A stretch of DNA of 42,050 nucleotides, from NCBI GenBank assembly GCA_029865195.1, contig JAOUHH010000001.1, positions 1 to 42,050 of the forward strand, given 5' to 3'. The notes beneath the pieces are model-generated. The model searched no databases, was not told the DNA's origin, and was given only the letters and a program-made list of their open reading frames with translations. Within the stretch, counting starts at the first letter, position 1; every line of letters starts with the position of its first letter. The stretch comes from Desulfobulbaceae bacterium. Its GTDB lineage: Bacteria; Desulfobacterota; Desulfobulbia; Desulfobulbales; UBA5123. Positions 25,576-33,743 of this stretch are shown here, one piece after another. Made by a program: the position numbers and the translations under genes.

Positions 25576-27356
25576 GCGAAAATATCCTCCACGGTTTCGG
25601 CCATGATGTGGGCCAGTATCTGGGCGCGGTCGGCGTCGATCAGATGATCGTCGTCCTTGCGGAATATGCGGTGCTTCTGCCCCATGCGGACAGTGTGGTT
25701 GGTGTAGTAGTGGATGATGTCCGGGTCCGGTGGGATCTCCAGCTGCTGTCGCTGCATCTTCTTGACCAGGAGATCGGTGGCCAGTTCCTTGAGGGTGATC
25801 CGCGACGGCTTGCCGGTCTTGTTATCGATGAGCGGGGCGCCATCCTCGGAGACGTTGTCGGTGGTGGACTCGAACTGGAAGCCGCGCAGCCGGTGTTCGT
25901 ACTCCTTGGCATCGTAGATCGCCAGCCCTTGCAGGTCGTGCGCCACCGCCGACCCGGCGTTGCCGAAGTCCGTGCCCCACTTGAGCGACTCCATCGGCCC
26001 ATAGACATCATCCATGGCGTTGAGCGCCTGGCACTGCTGGTCGTAGGTGACGTGCTTGAGTTGCAGCCGGGCGACCCAGCGCTCCTGCTTGCCGATGATG
26101 TTCTTGACGATGATCTCGGTGGGGTCGCCGGAAAAGCCGAGATCGCCGCCGCCGCGCTTGAGGCCTGGCACGGCAACGAAGAACGAGCGGAGCAGGCGGG
26201 TGAAATCAGACTGGCCGGAGTCGTCGGCATCAAAAAAGGTGGCCTGCGGGTAGTAGGTATCGATCAGGCTGACCGGGATCGCATGCGGCTCGCCGTGGGC
26301 CATGCCCATCTCGCAGCGGTAGCCGGTGACGATCACCTCGCCGTGGCTGGAGTCGACAAGGATTTTCAGGCAGCGGTAGGCGTCGATCTGCCGGATGCAA
26401 TGTTTCAGATGATGCCAGGGGAAGACAGTATTTTCCGGATCCCCGTCTTCGCCGAGGACGTTGTGCTGGTATCCCGGAGAATCTTCTCCACCGTATTGCT
26501 CGACGTAGAATTTTCGCCGCTCGTCGGTCCAGTAAGGAGGCGGCATAAGGGTTTTTGCCCACTTGAAAAGCCGGAAGTTAAGATGTTTTGCAACGCCTTG
26601 GTCATTGTCGTCCTCCTTGTTGCCGGCGGCCCGCTGGCCGAGTTTGTAGAATTCGCAGGAGCGGTCGCCGTCCGGCACCGAATAGATGCGGCCGACGGCG
26701 GTGGGCTTCATGGCCCGCCAGAATTCGCTGAACTGTTTGGGGTTCTTGCACTTGGCCGCCTCGTCCATGATGGCGAAGGTCCGCACATGGACGCCACGGA
26801 ACGCCTCGCCATCGTGGCCGGCCGGGCGAAAATCCACCTTGAAGCCGTTGCGGAAATAGAATGCGTGGTGCGGGTGCTTCTTGTGCCGGACCAGATCACG
26901 GGCCAGATCGTCATTCCAGGAGAACTGGTCGGTCATCGCCTCGATGATCTCGTCCAGGTGGGTCTGCTGCGGGGCGGCGATCAGGCCGGAGCCGTTGGGG
27001 GTGGTGTATGCCCGATGCAGCACCCAGGCGACAATCTCGCGGGTCTTGCCGACCTCCGCCCCGCACTTGTGGACGGTTGACCCGTCGTGGCGCAGGGACT
27101 CGATCTGATAATCAAAAAAGGAGTATGGGTCGAGGTGGTCCGGGTCTTCCGGCTCGTGCATGAATGCAGTACACCAGAGCAGGGCGTCGGCGCCGATGAT
27201 CGCCAGCTGGAACTGTTCGAGCGATTCAAAAGGCGGCGGCAGTTCGCCGCGGCTCACCTGCTGCCATGTCCAGTCGAGGGACTCGAGTGTTTGCTCGAAC
27301 ACCTCCGGCGGCACGATGACGCCTTTGCCAGCGTCGGCAATCCGGATAGGCTCCAT
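25572..27356 (-). CDS. terL: Terminase large subunit
   Basis: Walker A-like 'CGAEVGKTRE' and Walker B-like 'TFAIMDEAA'. 594 aa. ATGA coupling to the portal gene. Confidence 0.9.
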   Translation of the reverse strand: MEPIRIADAGKGVIVPPEVFEQTLESLDWTWQQVSRGELPPPFESLEQFQLAIIGADALLWCTAFMHEPEDPDHLDPYSFFDYQIESLRHDGSTVHKCGAEVGKTREIVAWVLHRAYTTPNGSGLIAAPQQTHLDEIIEAMTDQFSWNDDLARDLVRHKKHPHHAFYFRNGFKVDFRPAGHDGEAFRGVHVRTFAIMDEAAKCKNPKQFSEFWRAMKPTAVGRIYSVPDGDRSCEFYKLGQRAAGNKEDDNDQGVAKHLNFRLFKWAKTLMPPPYWTDERRKFYVEQYGGEDSPGYQHNVLGEDGDPENTVFPWHHLKHCIRQIDAYRCLKILVDSSHGEVIVTGYRCEMGMAHGEPHAIPVSLIDTYYPQATFFDADDSGQSDFTRLLRSFFVAVPGLKRGGGDLGFSGDPTEIIVKNIIGKQERWVARLQLKHVTYDQQCQALNAMDDVYGPMESLKWGTDFGNAGSAVAHDLQGLAIYDAKEYEHRLRGFQFESTTDNVSEDGAPLIDNKTGKPSRITLKELATDLLVKKMQRQQLEIPPDPDIIHYYTNHTVRMGQKHRIFRKDDDHLIDADRAQILAHIMAETVEDIFA

Positions 27357-27359
27357 GGC

Positions 27360-28043
27360 CTACCCCTCTTGTTTCGAGGCTTTGGCGGCGGCCAACTGCC
27401 TGCCGGCAGCGCCGAGCAACTCGCCGATGGTCTTGGCGGCCTCCTGTTCGCCCTCCGCCTTGGCCTGCGCCTTGGGTGTGATCAAGAACTGGTCGGGGGT
27501 GAGGTTGAGGTCTTGTATCATCTTCGGCAAGGCAAGCAGGGCCGGGTGGAGTTTGAATTTTTCGGTGACGCCGCCCTTGCCGACTGTTTTTTCCTTGAGC
27601 ACCACCCCATCCTGGATGATCGCCTGCTGCAGCATCTCGAGGATGTTGATGCAGTTGGCGATGTTGGCCGCGGCGATCTCCTGAAAGCCGCCCGCGTTGT
27701 CCTTGGGGTTTTTGATGGCGTCGTGGATGATGTGAATGGTGGCGAGCAGTTCGGCCTTGTCGAGGCAATCTTTGCCGGCAACGGTGGCGTTTTCGGTGAC
27801 CAGCTGGCACGGGTATTTATCGCAGGTGGACTTGCAGGGCTTGATGCGGGATATAAACGACGAGGCGTACTGGCCGGTCTTCCAGGCGTTGCGCTTGCCG
27901 ACCATGCCGGGCTTGGGCTGCAGCGCGGCCTGACGGCGTTGCTCCAGCGCGGCCGCGCTCAAGGTGTAGTTGCGTTTTACCTTGGCGGCGGCCGGAATGC
28001 CGAGTTCTTCGGTGGTGGTGTTGTCGTCTTTGTCGTCTGCCAC
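27360..28043 (-). CDS. Terminase small subunit (positional call; GTG start)
   Basis: Directly upstream of terL. The RBS AAGGGGGA precedes the GTG at 28041-28043. Confidence 0.55.
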   Translation of the reverse strand: MADDKDDNTTTEELGIPAAAKVKRNYTLSAAALEQRRQAALQPKPGMVGKRNAWKTGQYASSFISRIKPCKSTCDKYPCQLVTENATVAGKDCLDKAELLATIHIIHDAIKNPKDNAGGFQEIAAANIANCINILEMLQQAIIQDGVVLKEKTVGKGGVTEKFKLHPALLALPKMIQDLNLTPDQFLITPKAQAKAEGEQEAAKTIGELLGAAGRQLAAAKASKQEG

Positions 28044-28066
28044 TGATTATCCCCCTTCACCTGCGA

Positions 28067-28111
28067 TAGCAGAGAAAGGGGACTCAGGCTGGCAGAGGGT
28101 GTCACTTTATG
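28067..28111 (-). promoter_or_regulatory. Conserved late-operon element, copy B, upstream of the packaging operon
   Basis: 38 of 45 positions match 21155-21199. It lies 23 nt upstream of the terS start codon. Confidence 0.45.
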
Positions 28112-28167
28112 GAGACATAACTGTCGCTACACCAGACACCGCTGTGCGGTGCTGGTGAGCTTTTTTG

Positions 28168-28509
28168 TTATACCGTAGGCATCGCCGCAGCTTCAGCGAC
28201 AGCCCTTTCCTTCTCCAGATGCATGTAATCGACAATTTTGTGGGCGTGGGAATCGAGAAACTTCATTATCTTTTCCGCCCGACTGTGCCAGCATTCGCAA
28301 TCAAGCACATACTGAGCGCCCTCGAATGACAAAAAACCAACCGCGTAATCGAGCTCAACAGCATCAGCCATCCCCCTGTAGCCCTCAAGTTCTCCGTCCT
28401 CCCAATCCCATCCTCCGTCGGGGTTGTAAAACACCGCCCCACAGGCACATTGCCCGGTGGAACTCCCCAAGCCATCACCAAAAGCTTGCTCAAATGATTT
28501 TAAGTCCAT
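28168..28509 (-). CDS. Hypothetical protein (AT-richer early/middle cluster)
   Basis: ORF with ATG at 28507-28509. Cys/Trp-rich. No family recognised. Confidence 0.45.
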   Translation of the reverse strand: MDLKSFEQAFGDGLGSSTGQCACGAVFYNPDGGWDWEDGELEGYRGMADAVELDYAVGFLSFEGAQYVLDCECWHSRAEKIMKFLDSHAHKIVDYMHLEKERAVAEAAAMPTV

Positions 28510-28591
28510 GGTATAACCAATCACTCCAGCGGACCAGGGTCAGCGCGGGTTATCCAGCCAGGCCCGGTGGCTGGTCCGCTGAATTCAAGAG

Positions 28592-28810
28592 TTAGCGAGA
28601 GATAATTCCCTCTATCTTCTCCTTCAAAAGGTCTTCGTCGGCAGTGTCGCAGATTAGCGCCAACTCCATTCCGTAGCTTCCCAGGCGCACCCCGTCGATT
28701 ATTTCAACCAATTCAAGAATTGAGTCATACATTTCGTCCGAGATAACCTTTTTGGTACTGTGGGTGTTCACTGTTACGCATTTCCACAATTCAAAATCAT
28801 ATTCATTCAT
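28592..28810 (-). CDS. Hypothetical small acidic protein
   Basis: ATG at 28808-28810, preceded by GAGG. Confidence 0.45.
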   Translation of the reverse strand: MNEYDFELWKCVTVNTHSTKKVISDEMYDSILELVEIIDGVRLGSYGMELALICDTADEDLLKEKIEGIISR

Positions 28811-28918
28811 GTCGTGCCTCGTCGTATTATGGTATTCGCTAACCCGTCGCTTCACTGGAACGCGGGTAGCTAGGGTATGTTTACTGGCAGCACGTTGGCG
28901 CGTCCAGTGAGCTAATCG

Positions 28919-29206
28919 TTATGCCACTATCAATTCTTGCACTTTTTGCAAAGCGGCGATAACTTCCCCTACCTCTTCTTTAGTCATCAGAGTTTCGCCT
29001 TCTTCCACTGTCAGGCTTATTGCGTTGCACTTTCTAAATTCGTCGTGCAATGGGTAAATCTGTATATTCTTAGTCCGGCCAGCAATAACGCACCCTTGGT
29101 CAACTTTGTGCAAGGTGCCATAACAAGGCACTGCACTTGACGCCTGCGGCGTCGGAGTTGGTGCATCCAGTATGGGGTCTACTGTTCTCAATGGTCTTTG
29201 GCTCAT
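28919..29206 (-). CDS. Hypothetical protein
   Basis: ATG at 29204-29206, preceded by AAGGGAAA. Confidence 0.45.
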   Translation of the reverse strand: MSQRPLRTVDPILDAPTPTPQASSAVPCYGTLHKVDQGCVIAGRTKNIQIYPLHDEFRKCNAISLTVEEGETLMTKEEVGEVIAALQKVQELIVA

Positions 29207-29240
29207 AGTTTTCCCTTTCAGTCGCAAGTGAGTTTAGACG

Positions 29241-29531
29241 TTATCTTGCTCTGTGTTTGAATTTTTCCATTTGCTTTTCAATCGTCAAGCCTTCCTTTTT
29301 AAACCGAGTTTCAGCGTAGCAATTTGAGCAACTGAAAATCACTTCCCCCAATAACGCCCTGTGGTCAATCGTGCCTCCGCAATGGGCGCAAGACAACAAA
29401 TCATTCAAAACGACGGGTACACATTCGGGTTGTTGGAGGCTTGCGGGTTCACCAAAAAAATCACATGTCCCGCAACCAATCTTCACACATGGTTTCCGGC
29501 CATCACCAGTAAACAAACATTTCTTGGCCAT
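29241..29531 (-). CDS. Cys-rich (zinc-ribbon-like) small protein
   Basis: 'GCGTCDF', 'CAHCGG' and 'CSNCY' motifs. Confidence 0.5.
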   Translation of the reverse strand: MAKKCLFTGDGRKPCVKIGCGTCDFFGEPASLQQPECVPVVLNDLLSCAHCGGTIDHRALLGEVIFSCSNCYAETRFKKEGLTIEKQMEKFKHRAR

Positions 29532-29579
29532 CTACTACCTCCTGTTATGTGTACCGCGTCTTAATTCAGGCGTTATGCC

Positions 29580-29858
29580 TTAAGCATCCAATGCGGCCCT
29601 TGCTTCTTTTTGCCACCACAAAAGGTCTGTGTCTTGGGTTCGGCTGGCAATGCGGCTAAGCACTTTTTCGTATTCGCGTTTCTTGCATGTATCACATGCG
29701 TAATCCGCAAAGCGTGGGCACCCGCAGGAAGGGCAAAGCAAAACAGCAAGCTCTGCCCCTGATTCAACCTTAAAAATGGCATAACAAGGCGTTTGAGAAT
29801 CGACGCGCGAACATGCGCGTTGCTCGGTTGCCTCTAATGCGTGTCTTTCGTTATCCAT
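29580..29858 (-). CDS. Cys-rich small protein
   Basis: 'CPSCGCP...CDTCKK'. ATG at 29856-29858, preceded by AAGGA. Confidence 0.5.
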   Translation of the reverse strand: MDNERHALEATEQRACSRVDSQTPCYAIFKVESGAELAVLLCPSCGCPRFADYACDTCKKREYEKVLSRIASRTQDTDLLWWQKEARAALDA

Positions 29859-29899
29859 CTTTTTTATCCTTTGCGCAGGCGCGCGTCTCAACTTTGGCG

Positions 29900-30109
29900 T
29901 TAGCCAGCCGCCGGCCGACTAACGTAATCTCTTGTAATATGGTTATTGTTTTTGTCGAAATACATTGATTCGGAAAAGTCTCCGGTATCACAATTGTCAC
30001 AAACTATTTCCACCCTTGTAGCGTCTTCTGGGTCTACCGGGGCCCTTGGTGTCTGTTTTTGGCGCTTGCATTTTGGACACCTCAATGTCAAGTATTCGCT
30101 CATTTTCAC
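29900..30109 (-). CDS. Zinc-ribbon small protein
   Basis: 'CPKCKR...CDNCDTGD'. ATGA coupling with the Mor-like gene. Confidence 0.5.
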   Translation of the reverse strand: MKMSEYLTLRCPKCKRQKQTPRAPVDPEDATRVEIVCDNCDTGDFSESMYFDKNNNHITRDYVSRPAAG

Positions 30110-30375
30110 CCCTCATTCACAATTCGTCTGATCTGTCTGGGGCAAAGGCCGAACCGTTCGGCCAGTTCGCCCACGTTGGCGCCGTTGAATAGGAGGCGGA
30201 TGCGGTGGTCGCGGGCCTCCCGGTTGAGCTCGTCCATGGTCGGCACCGTGATCCGGAAACCACCGAGCTCTTCGACCAACACCAGCATAATCGCGGCGCC
30301 AGCCTCCGCGCCAAACTCCTGCACCAGCCTGGCGGCGTATTGATCAATCAGTTCCCTGTTCTCGGCCCTCGACAC
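30106..30375 (-). CDS. Mor/C-family transcriptional activator-like protein
   Basis: The C-terminal HTH 'RIRLLFNGANVGELAERFGLCPRQIRRIV' fits the Mor family pattern. Confidence 0.65.
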   Translation of the reverse strand: MSRAENRELIDQYAARLVQEFGAEAGAAIMLVLVEELGGFRITVPTMDELNREARDHRIRLLFNGANVGELAERFGLCPRQIRRIVNEG

Positions 30376-31384
30376 TGGTGGCGCCCCCTTGAGTATAAAG
30401 TTGTTCCCATGTGCGCCAATAATCCCTCAAACTGCGGTACTCCTGATTGACCCGGCCGCGCCTCGGTAAATAACGGTCGGTGGTTGCTATGTTCTTGTGT
30501 CCGAGCCTGGCCGCGATTGCGGCGATGGTGAAGCCGCGCACAAAAAGCAGGTCGCTGCCGTGGGTGGCCCGGAACATGTGCGAGTGGATCCGTGGCTTGC
30601 GGACTCCGGCGGCGGTGGCTAGTTCTTTGACCAGGCGGTCGATGTCGTTGCCGGAAAGACGGCGGCCGACCAGTTGGTCGTTTTTGCGATAGCTGACAAA
30701 CAGCGGGTCGTCGATCTTCGCGCCCTGGGTGATCCGCACATTGAGCCAGCGGCGGATGAACACCGCCGGCGCGGCCCAGAGATCCACGGCCCGGCTGTGG
30801 CCCTGCTTGCCGATCTCTTCGTTGACCAGGATGTCGACATAGTGGCCATCGTCGACAAGGTCGGCCAGCCGCAGGCCGCACAACTCGCCAACCCGGAGAC
30901 CGGCAAAAGCCATTACGATCAGGATACAGGTGTCGCGCAGTCCCTTCTCGGTGGTCGGCGGGCTGGCCTCGAAAAACTTGATCACCTCGCCCCGGGTAAA
31001 ATACTGGATCATCTTCGGCTTGATGCGCGGCCTGGGGATCTGCGCTGTGATGTCCTCGGTGGCCAGTTTCTCATACACCAGGAACCGCCAGAACCCGGAC
31101 AACGCCCCGAGCTTGGTGTGGCGCGTGTATGTGCCGTTGCGGCGGTCGTAGTATAGATGCTTGAGCCATGCCTCGACGTCCTCGCGGGTGACCGACTCGA
31201 TGGCGGTGGTGCGGCCGTCCTGGTTGAGCCAGTCGAAGAACAGAGACACCCGGCGCTGATAATCGCCGACGCTCCGCTTGGTGAGGCCGCGCAGCACCAC
31301 AAGATGGTGGCCGTATTGTTCGAGCAGGTCGTCTAGCATCCCCCCCGCGCCCCCCCGGGAATAAGGTCTGAAAAACAGGCCCAA
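30344..31384 (-). CDS. Second tyrosine recombinase (XerC/D-like integrase); start may be at 31339
   Basis: 'AGLRVGELCGL', 'HMFRATHGS' and 'LGHKNIATTDRYL' are catalytic motifs. It also has an N-terminal SAM-like core-binding domain. Confidence 0.85.
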   Translation of the reverse strand: MGLFFRPYSRGGAGGMLDDLLEQYGHHLVVLRGLTKRSVGDYQRRVSLFFDWLNQDGRTTAIESVTREDVEAWLKHLYYDRRNGTYTRHTKLGALSGFWRFLVYEKLATEDITAQIPRPRIKPKMIQYFTRGEVIKFFEASPPTTEKGLRDTCILIVMAFAGLRVGELCGLRLADLVDDGHYVDILVNEEIGKQGHSRAVDLWAAPAVFIRRWLNVRITQGAKIDDPLFVSYRKNDQLVGRRLSGNDIDRLVKELATAAGVRKPRIHSHMFRATHGSDLLFVRGFTIAAIAARLGHKNIATTDRYLPRRGRVNQEYRSLRDYWRTWEQLYTQGGATSVEGREQGTD

Positions 31385-31492
31385 TTTAGAGGAGCCACTC
31401 GGTGGAGGTTGGAGGGGGTTGGGCTGAATCTTTTAGGGGGGGGTGGGGTACAGGTCAGCCCCAGACCCGACCATTCCCGACTCATTCCAATA

Positions 31493-31506
31493 CTTACCGC
31501 ACATTT
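31493..31506. promoter_or_regulatory. 14-mer CTTACCGCACATTT, identical to 22681-22694, next to an extended -10-like TGaTAACAT on the minus strand
   Basis: Read directly. It lies about 110-150 bp upstream of the recombinase start. Confidence 0.45.
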
Positions 31507-31558
31507 CATGTTATCAGCCTCCCGCTATCCCTTGGTATCCCGTATGATGCCCAACCAT

Positions 31559-31589
31559 TAACCGCACAATTTATTACTATGTGCGGTTA
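31559..31589. repeat. Inverted repeat TAACCGCACA-N11-TGTGCGGTTA (lox/dif-like or operator-like site)
   Basis: Perfect 10-bp arms. It can also be read as imperfect 12-bp arms with a 7-bp AT-rich spacer. Confidence 0.5.
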
Positions 31590-31846
31590 GAATGATTCCG
31601 TTATTCCGTCTATTATTTGCTACACGTTCCTAATAAGAAAAAAGAGAGAGACAACAGGGTGGTTTTCCCCTTTCCCCCCGGTTCTTTCAGCCGATTTCAT
31701 ACTATTACTAAGTAACCCCATATTAGGTATCTTCTCTCCCGCTAAACGAGGCCGGCGGCGGGTGCAGCGGCCCTCATGGGCGGGTAAAGGGAACAGCGGC
31801 CGCGCCCGGTCTTAGCTGTTTTGCGCCCCCCGAGGCGCTTTTTCAG

Positions 31847-32155
31847 TTGCACCCTAGCACCCTATTTTGTAAAGTGGCGTTTCTCCGACGTTTTTCTTGG
31901 GTGCATTTCAAAAAGCAGGCCCAAGAGTTGCACCCAACTTGCACCCACTTGCACCCAACTTGCACCCAACTTGCACCCAATCTAAATAACTAAAATTAAA
32001 TATAAAAATAAGGTTTGGGTGCAAGGGTGCAAGTGTTTCAGAAATGCGCCCGCCATCTCTGCAAAACACTAAGAAAAAAGGGGTGAGGTCTGGTTTTTTG
32101 ACAAATCCACCCTTTTGCCGTGTTTTTGCACCCACCAGCTTGCACCCACTTGCAC
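31847..32155. repeat. Iteron cluster with an AT-rich tract: candidate replication origin
   Basis: TTGCACCCA occurs five times in tandem at 31928, 31939, 31949, 31960 and 31971, spaced 10-11 bp. Further copies lie at 31847, 32126 and 32140, with a partial copy at 32150. Inverted copies lie at 31898, 32016 and 32024. AT-rich tract at 31981-32014. Confidence 0.7.
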
Positions 32156-32158
32156 TTT

Positions 32159-32731
32159 TCATGCTTCGTACACCAATAAAGCCGCGTCTACCAGCCAACG
32201 GGCAAAGGCTGGGACTGTTGCCGCCCGCTGGTGCTTGCTCATTAGTTGTTGCCGTCTCCGGTCGCCGCCCTGGTCATGCAACCGGTATGGGATAACAAGT
32301 TTTTCAGTCTTCACCCGTGAGAAACAGAGCCATGTTGCCTTTCTCATCGGGTATCCCCACCAGGCTTGCCATACAGAGATTGTCTTCATGTCCCCGACCG
32401 ATTGGCCTGGGCGTGGGAGGCCCGCCGCATCGAAAAGCCGGGAATGGGCCGGATGCTCCAACACGCCCCCACATTCCCGCAACTGGTCTGCACACCACAA
32501 GCCAAGCTCTTTCTCTCCCGGTAACGGTTTTGCTTGGTGCCCGCAATAGGCGCTCCATGCCCTGCACGGAGGATGGGCCACAATTGGCATCCCCCCTACA
32601 AATGATTTGGCATCCCGCCGCATGTCGTAGGCCTCGACCTCATGCATACTCTTATAGAAACTATTATTGGAGCAGCATAATACCGCCACGGTCTTGGTTG
32701 TGTCGCTGTCGTGGATGGCTATTCTCATCAT
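32159..32731 (-). CDS. 190-aa protein with C5-cytosine-methyltransferase-like motifs IV, VI, VIII and X, but no motif I or target-recognition domain
   Basis: 'HPPCRAWS' resembles PCQ motif IV. 'GGVLEHP' resembles ENV. 'WGYPMRKATWL' resembles QxRxR. 'QRAATVPAFARWL' resembles GNxVP. Resemblance judged by eye only. Confidence 0.45.
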   Translation of the reverse strand: MMRIAIHDSDTTKTVAVLCCSNNSFYKSMHEVEAYDMRRDAKSFVGGMPIVAHPPCRAWSAYCGHQAKPLPGEKELGLWCADQLRECGGVLEHPAHSRLFDAAGLPRPGQSVGDMKTISVWQAWWGYPMRKATWLCFSRVKTEKLVIPYRLHDQGGDRRRQQLMSKHQRAATVPAFARWLVDAALLVYEA

Positions 32732-33743
32732 TCACACAACCCGTAAATTGAAGAACACTTCGGCGGGGCTAGTGATTCGATCAGCCCGAATTGCCGCCCC
32801 CCCCGTACCGTGCGCGACCAATTAACCACATCGTCAATCATTGGCATTGGTAGATGGTGTTGCTTTTGGTGCTGTCCCGGCGTTTTGTCCGCAGCAAAAA
32901 AGGATGAGATACCTCGTTTGCTGCACAACCCAACTAACCGCTCCCACTCCCTGATCCGGTCTATCTCTCCCGGGAACCGCCAGGCAATGTTCCGGATCTC
33001 ATCTTTCCCGGCATGGATACACGGCATGCAACCGACCCGGCCACAACCCATCGAATACAATGGGTTTGGTTTGATGCCGTGCCGCCGGTGCATGGCAAAC
33101 ACTCGCTCTGCCGACCAACCAAGGATAGGGCGGACAATGATAAACTCCGGTGCCAGCCGCTCGATTTGCGGCATTTTTGCCCGGTCTGGTGATTCATCTG
33201 CCCGAACCCCTTGCCAAGACATCACTTTGTAGCCATCGGCCAAGAGAGGCACACCGCGACCTGATCGTCGATCAATTCCCGTTTCAACTCCTGTGAGCAG
33301 AAACGCGCCCGAGTGGAAGGGAACCGGCCCTTTAGAATGCACAGGTCAAGAAACGGGTTGCCGGTTGGGTACATATTCTCCAGCGCCCGGCGTTTTGCTT
33401 TGTTGGACCACCGGACCTTGCGGCCAGCACCAGTTTTCTTTTTGATCGGCTTCCCTTCGTCGTCCCGGCCTACAGTGACATACTTGTATTTCCTGCCGGT
33501 GCGCTGATCGTTGGCCACAAATGCGCGGTGCTTGAGTATCCGCTTGCTGAAATCGGCCTTAACCCGGACAATCGGCCCGGTCTTTTCTTCGAGGTAATCA
33601 AGATAATCATAGGTGGACTGGTGCTCGTTGCCGGTGTCCGCAAACACAGCGATATGAGGGATACCCTTCTCAATGGCAACCAGGCGCGTTGCGCCGGAGT
33701 CTTTGCCGCCGGAAACGGAAATAACGTGGATGGTTTCCATCAC
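32728..33743 (-). pseudogene. PAPS-reductase-family (PP-loop ATP pyrophosphatase) gene split into two frames
   Basis: ORF 33222..33743 carries the 'SVSGGKDS' PP-loop and 'CSQELK'. ORF 32728..33342 continues with 'SWQGVRADESPDR...GCMPC' in the adjacent reading frame. The junction is near 33255-33285. Confidence 0.7.

Noticed and set aside
31928-31979. A CRISPR array
   Set aside because: The repeats are 9 bp long, at a contiguous 10-11 bp period, with no spacers and no cas genes. This fits iterons.
31402-32198. ORFs 31402..31590 (+), 31908..32198 (-) and 32044..32295 (+) as genes
   Set aside because: They run through the iterons and repeat motifs, have no RBS and give odd compositions. The region is better explained as non-coding origin and regulatory DNA.
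33240-33300. A programmed -1 ribosomal frameshift joining the two PAPS-reductase halves
   Set aside because: No X-XXY-YYZ slippery heptamer or obvious downstream structure lies in the overlap. An indel or sequencing error is more parsimonious.
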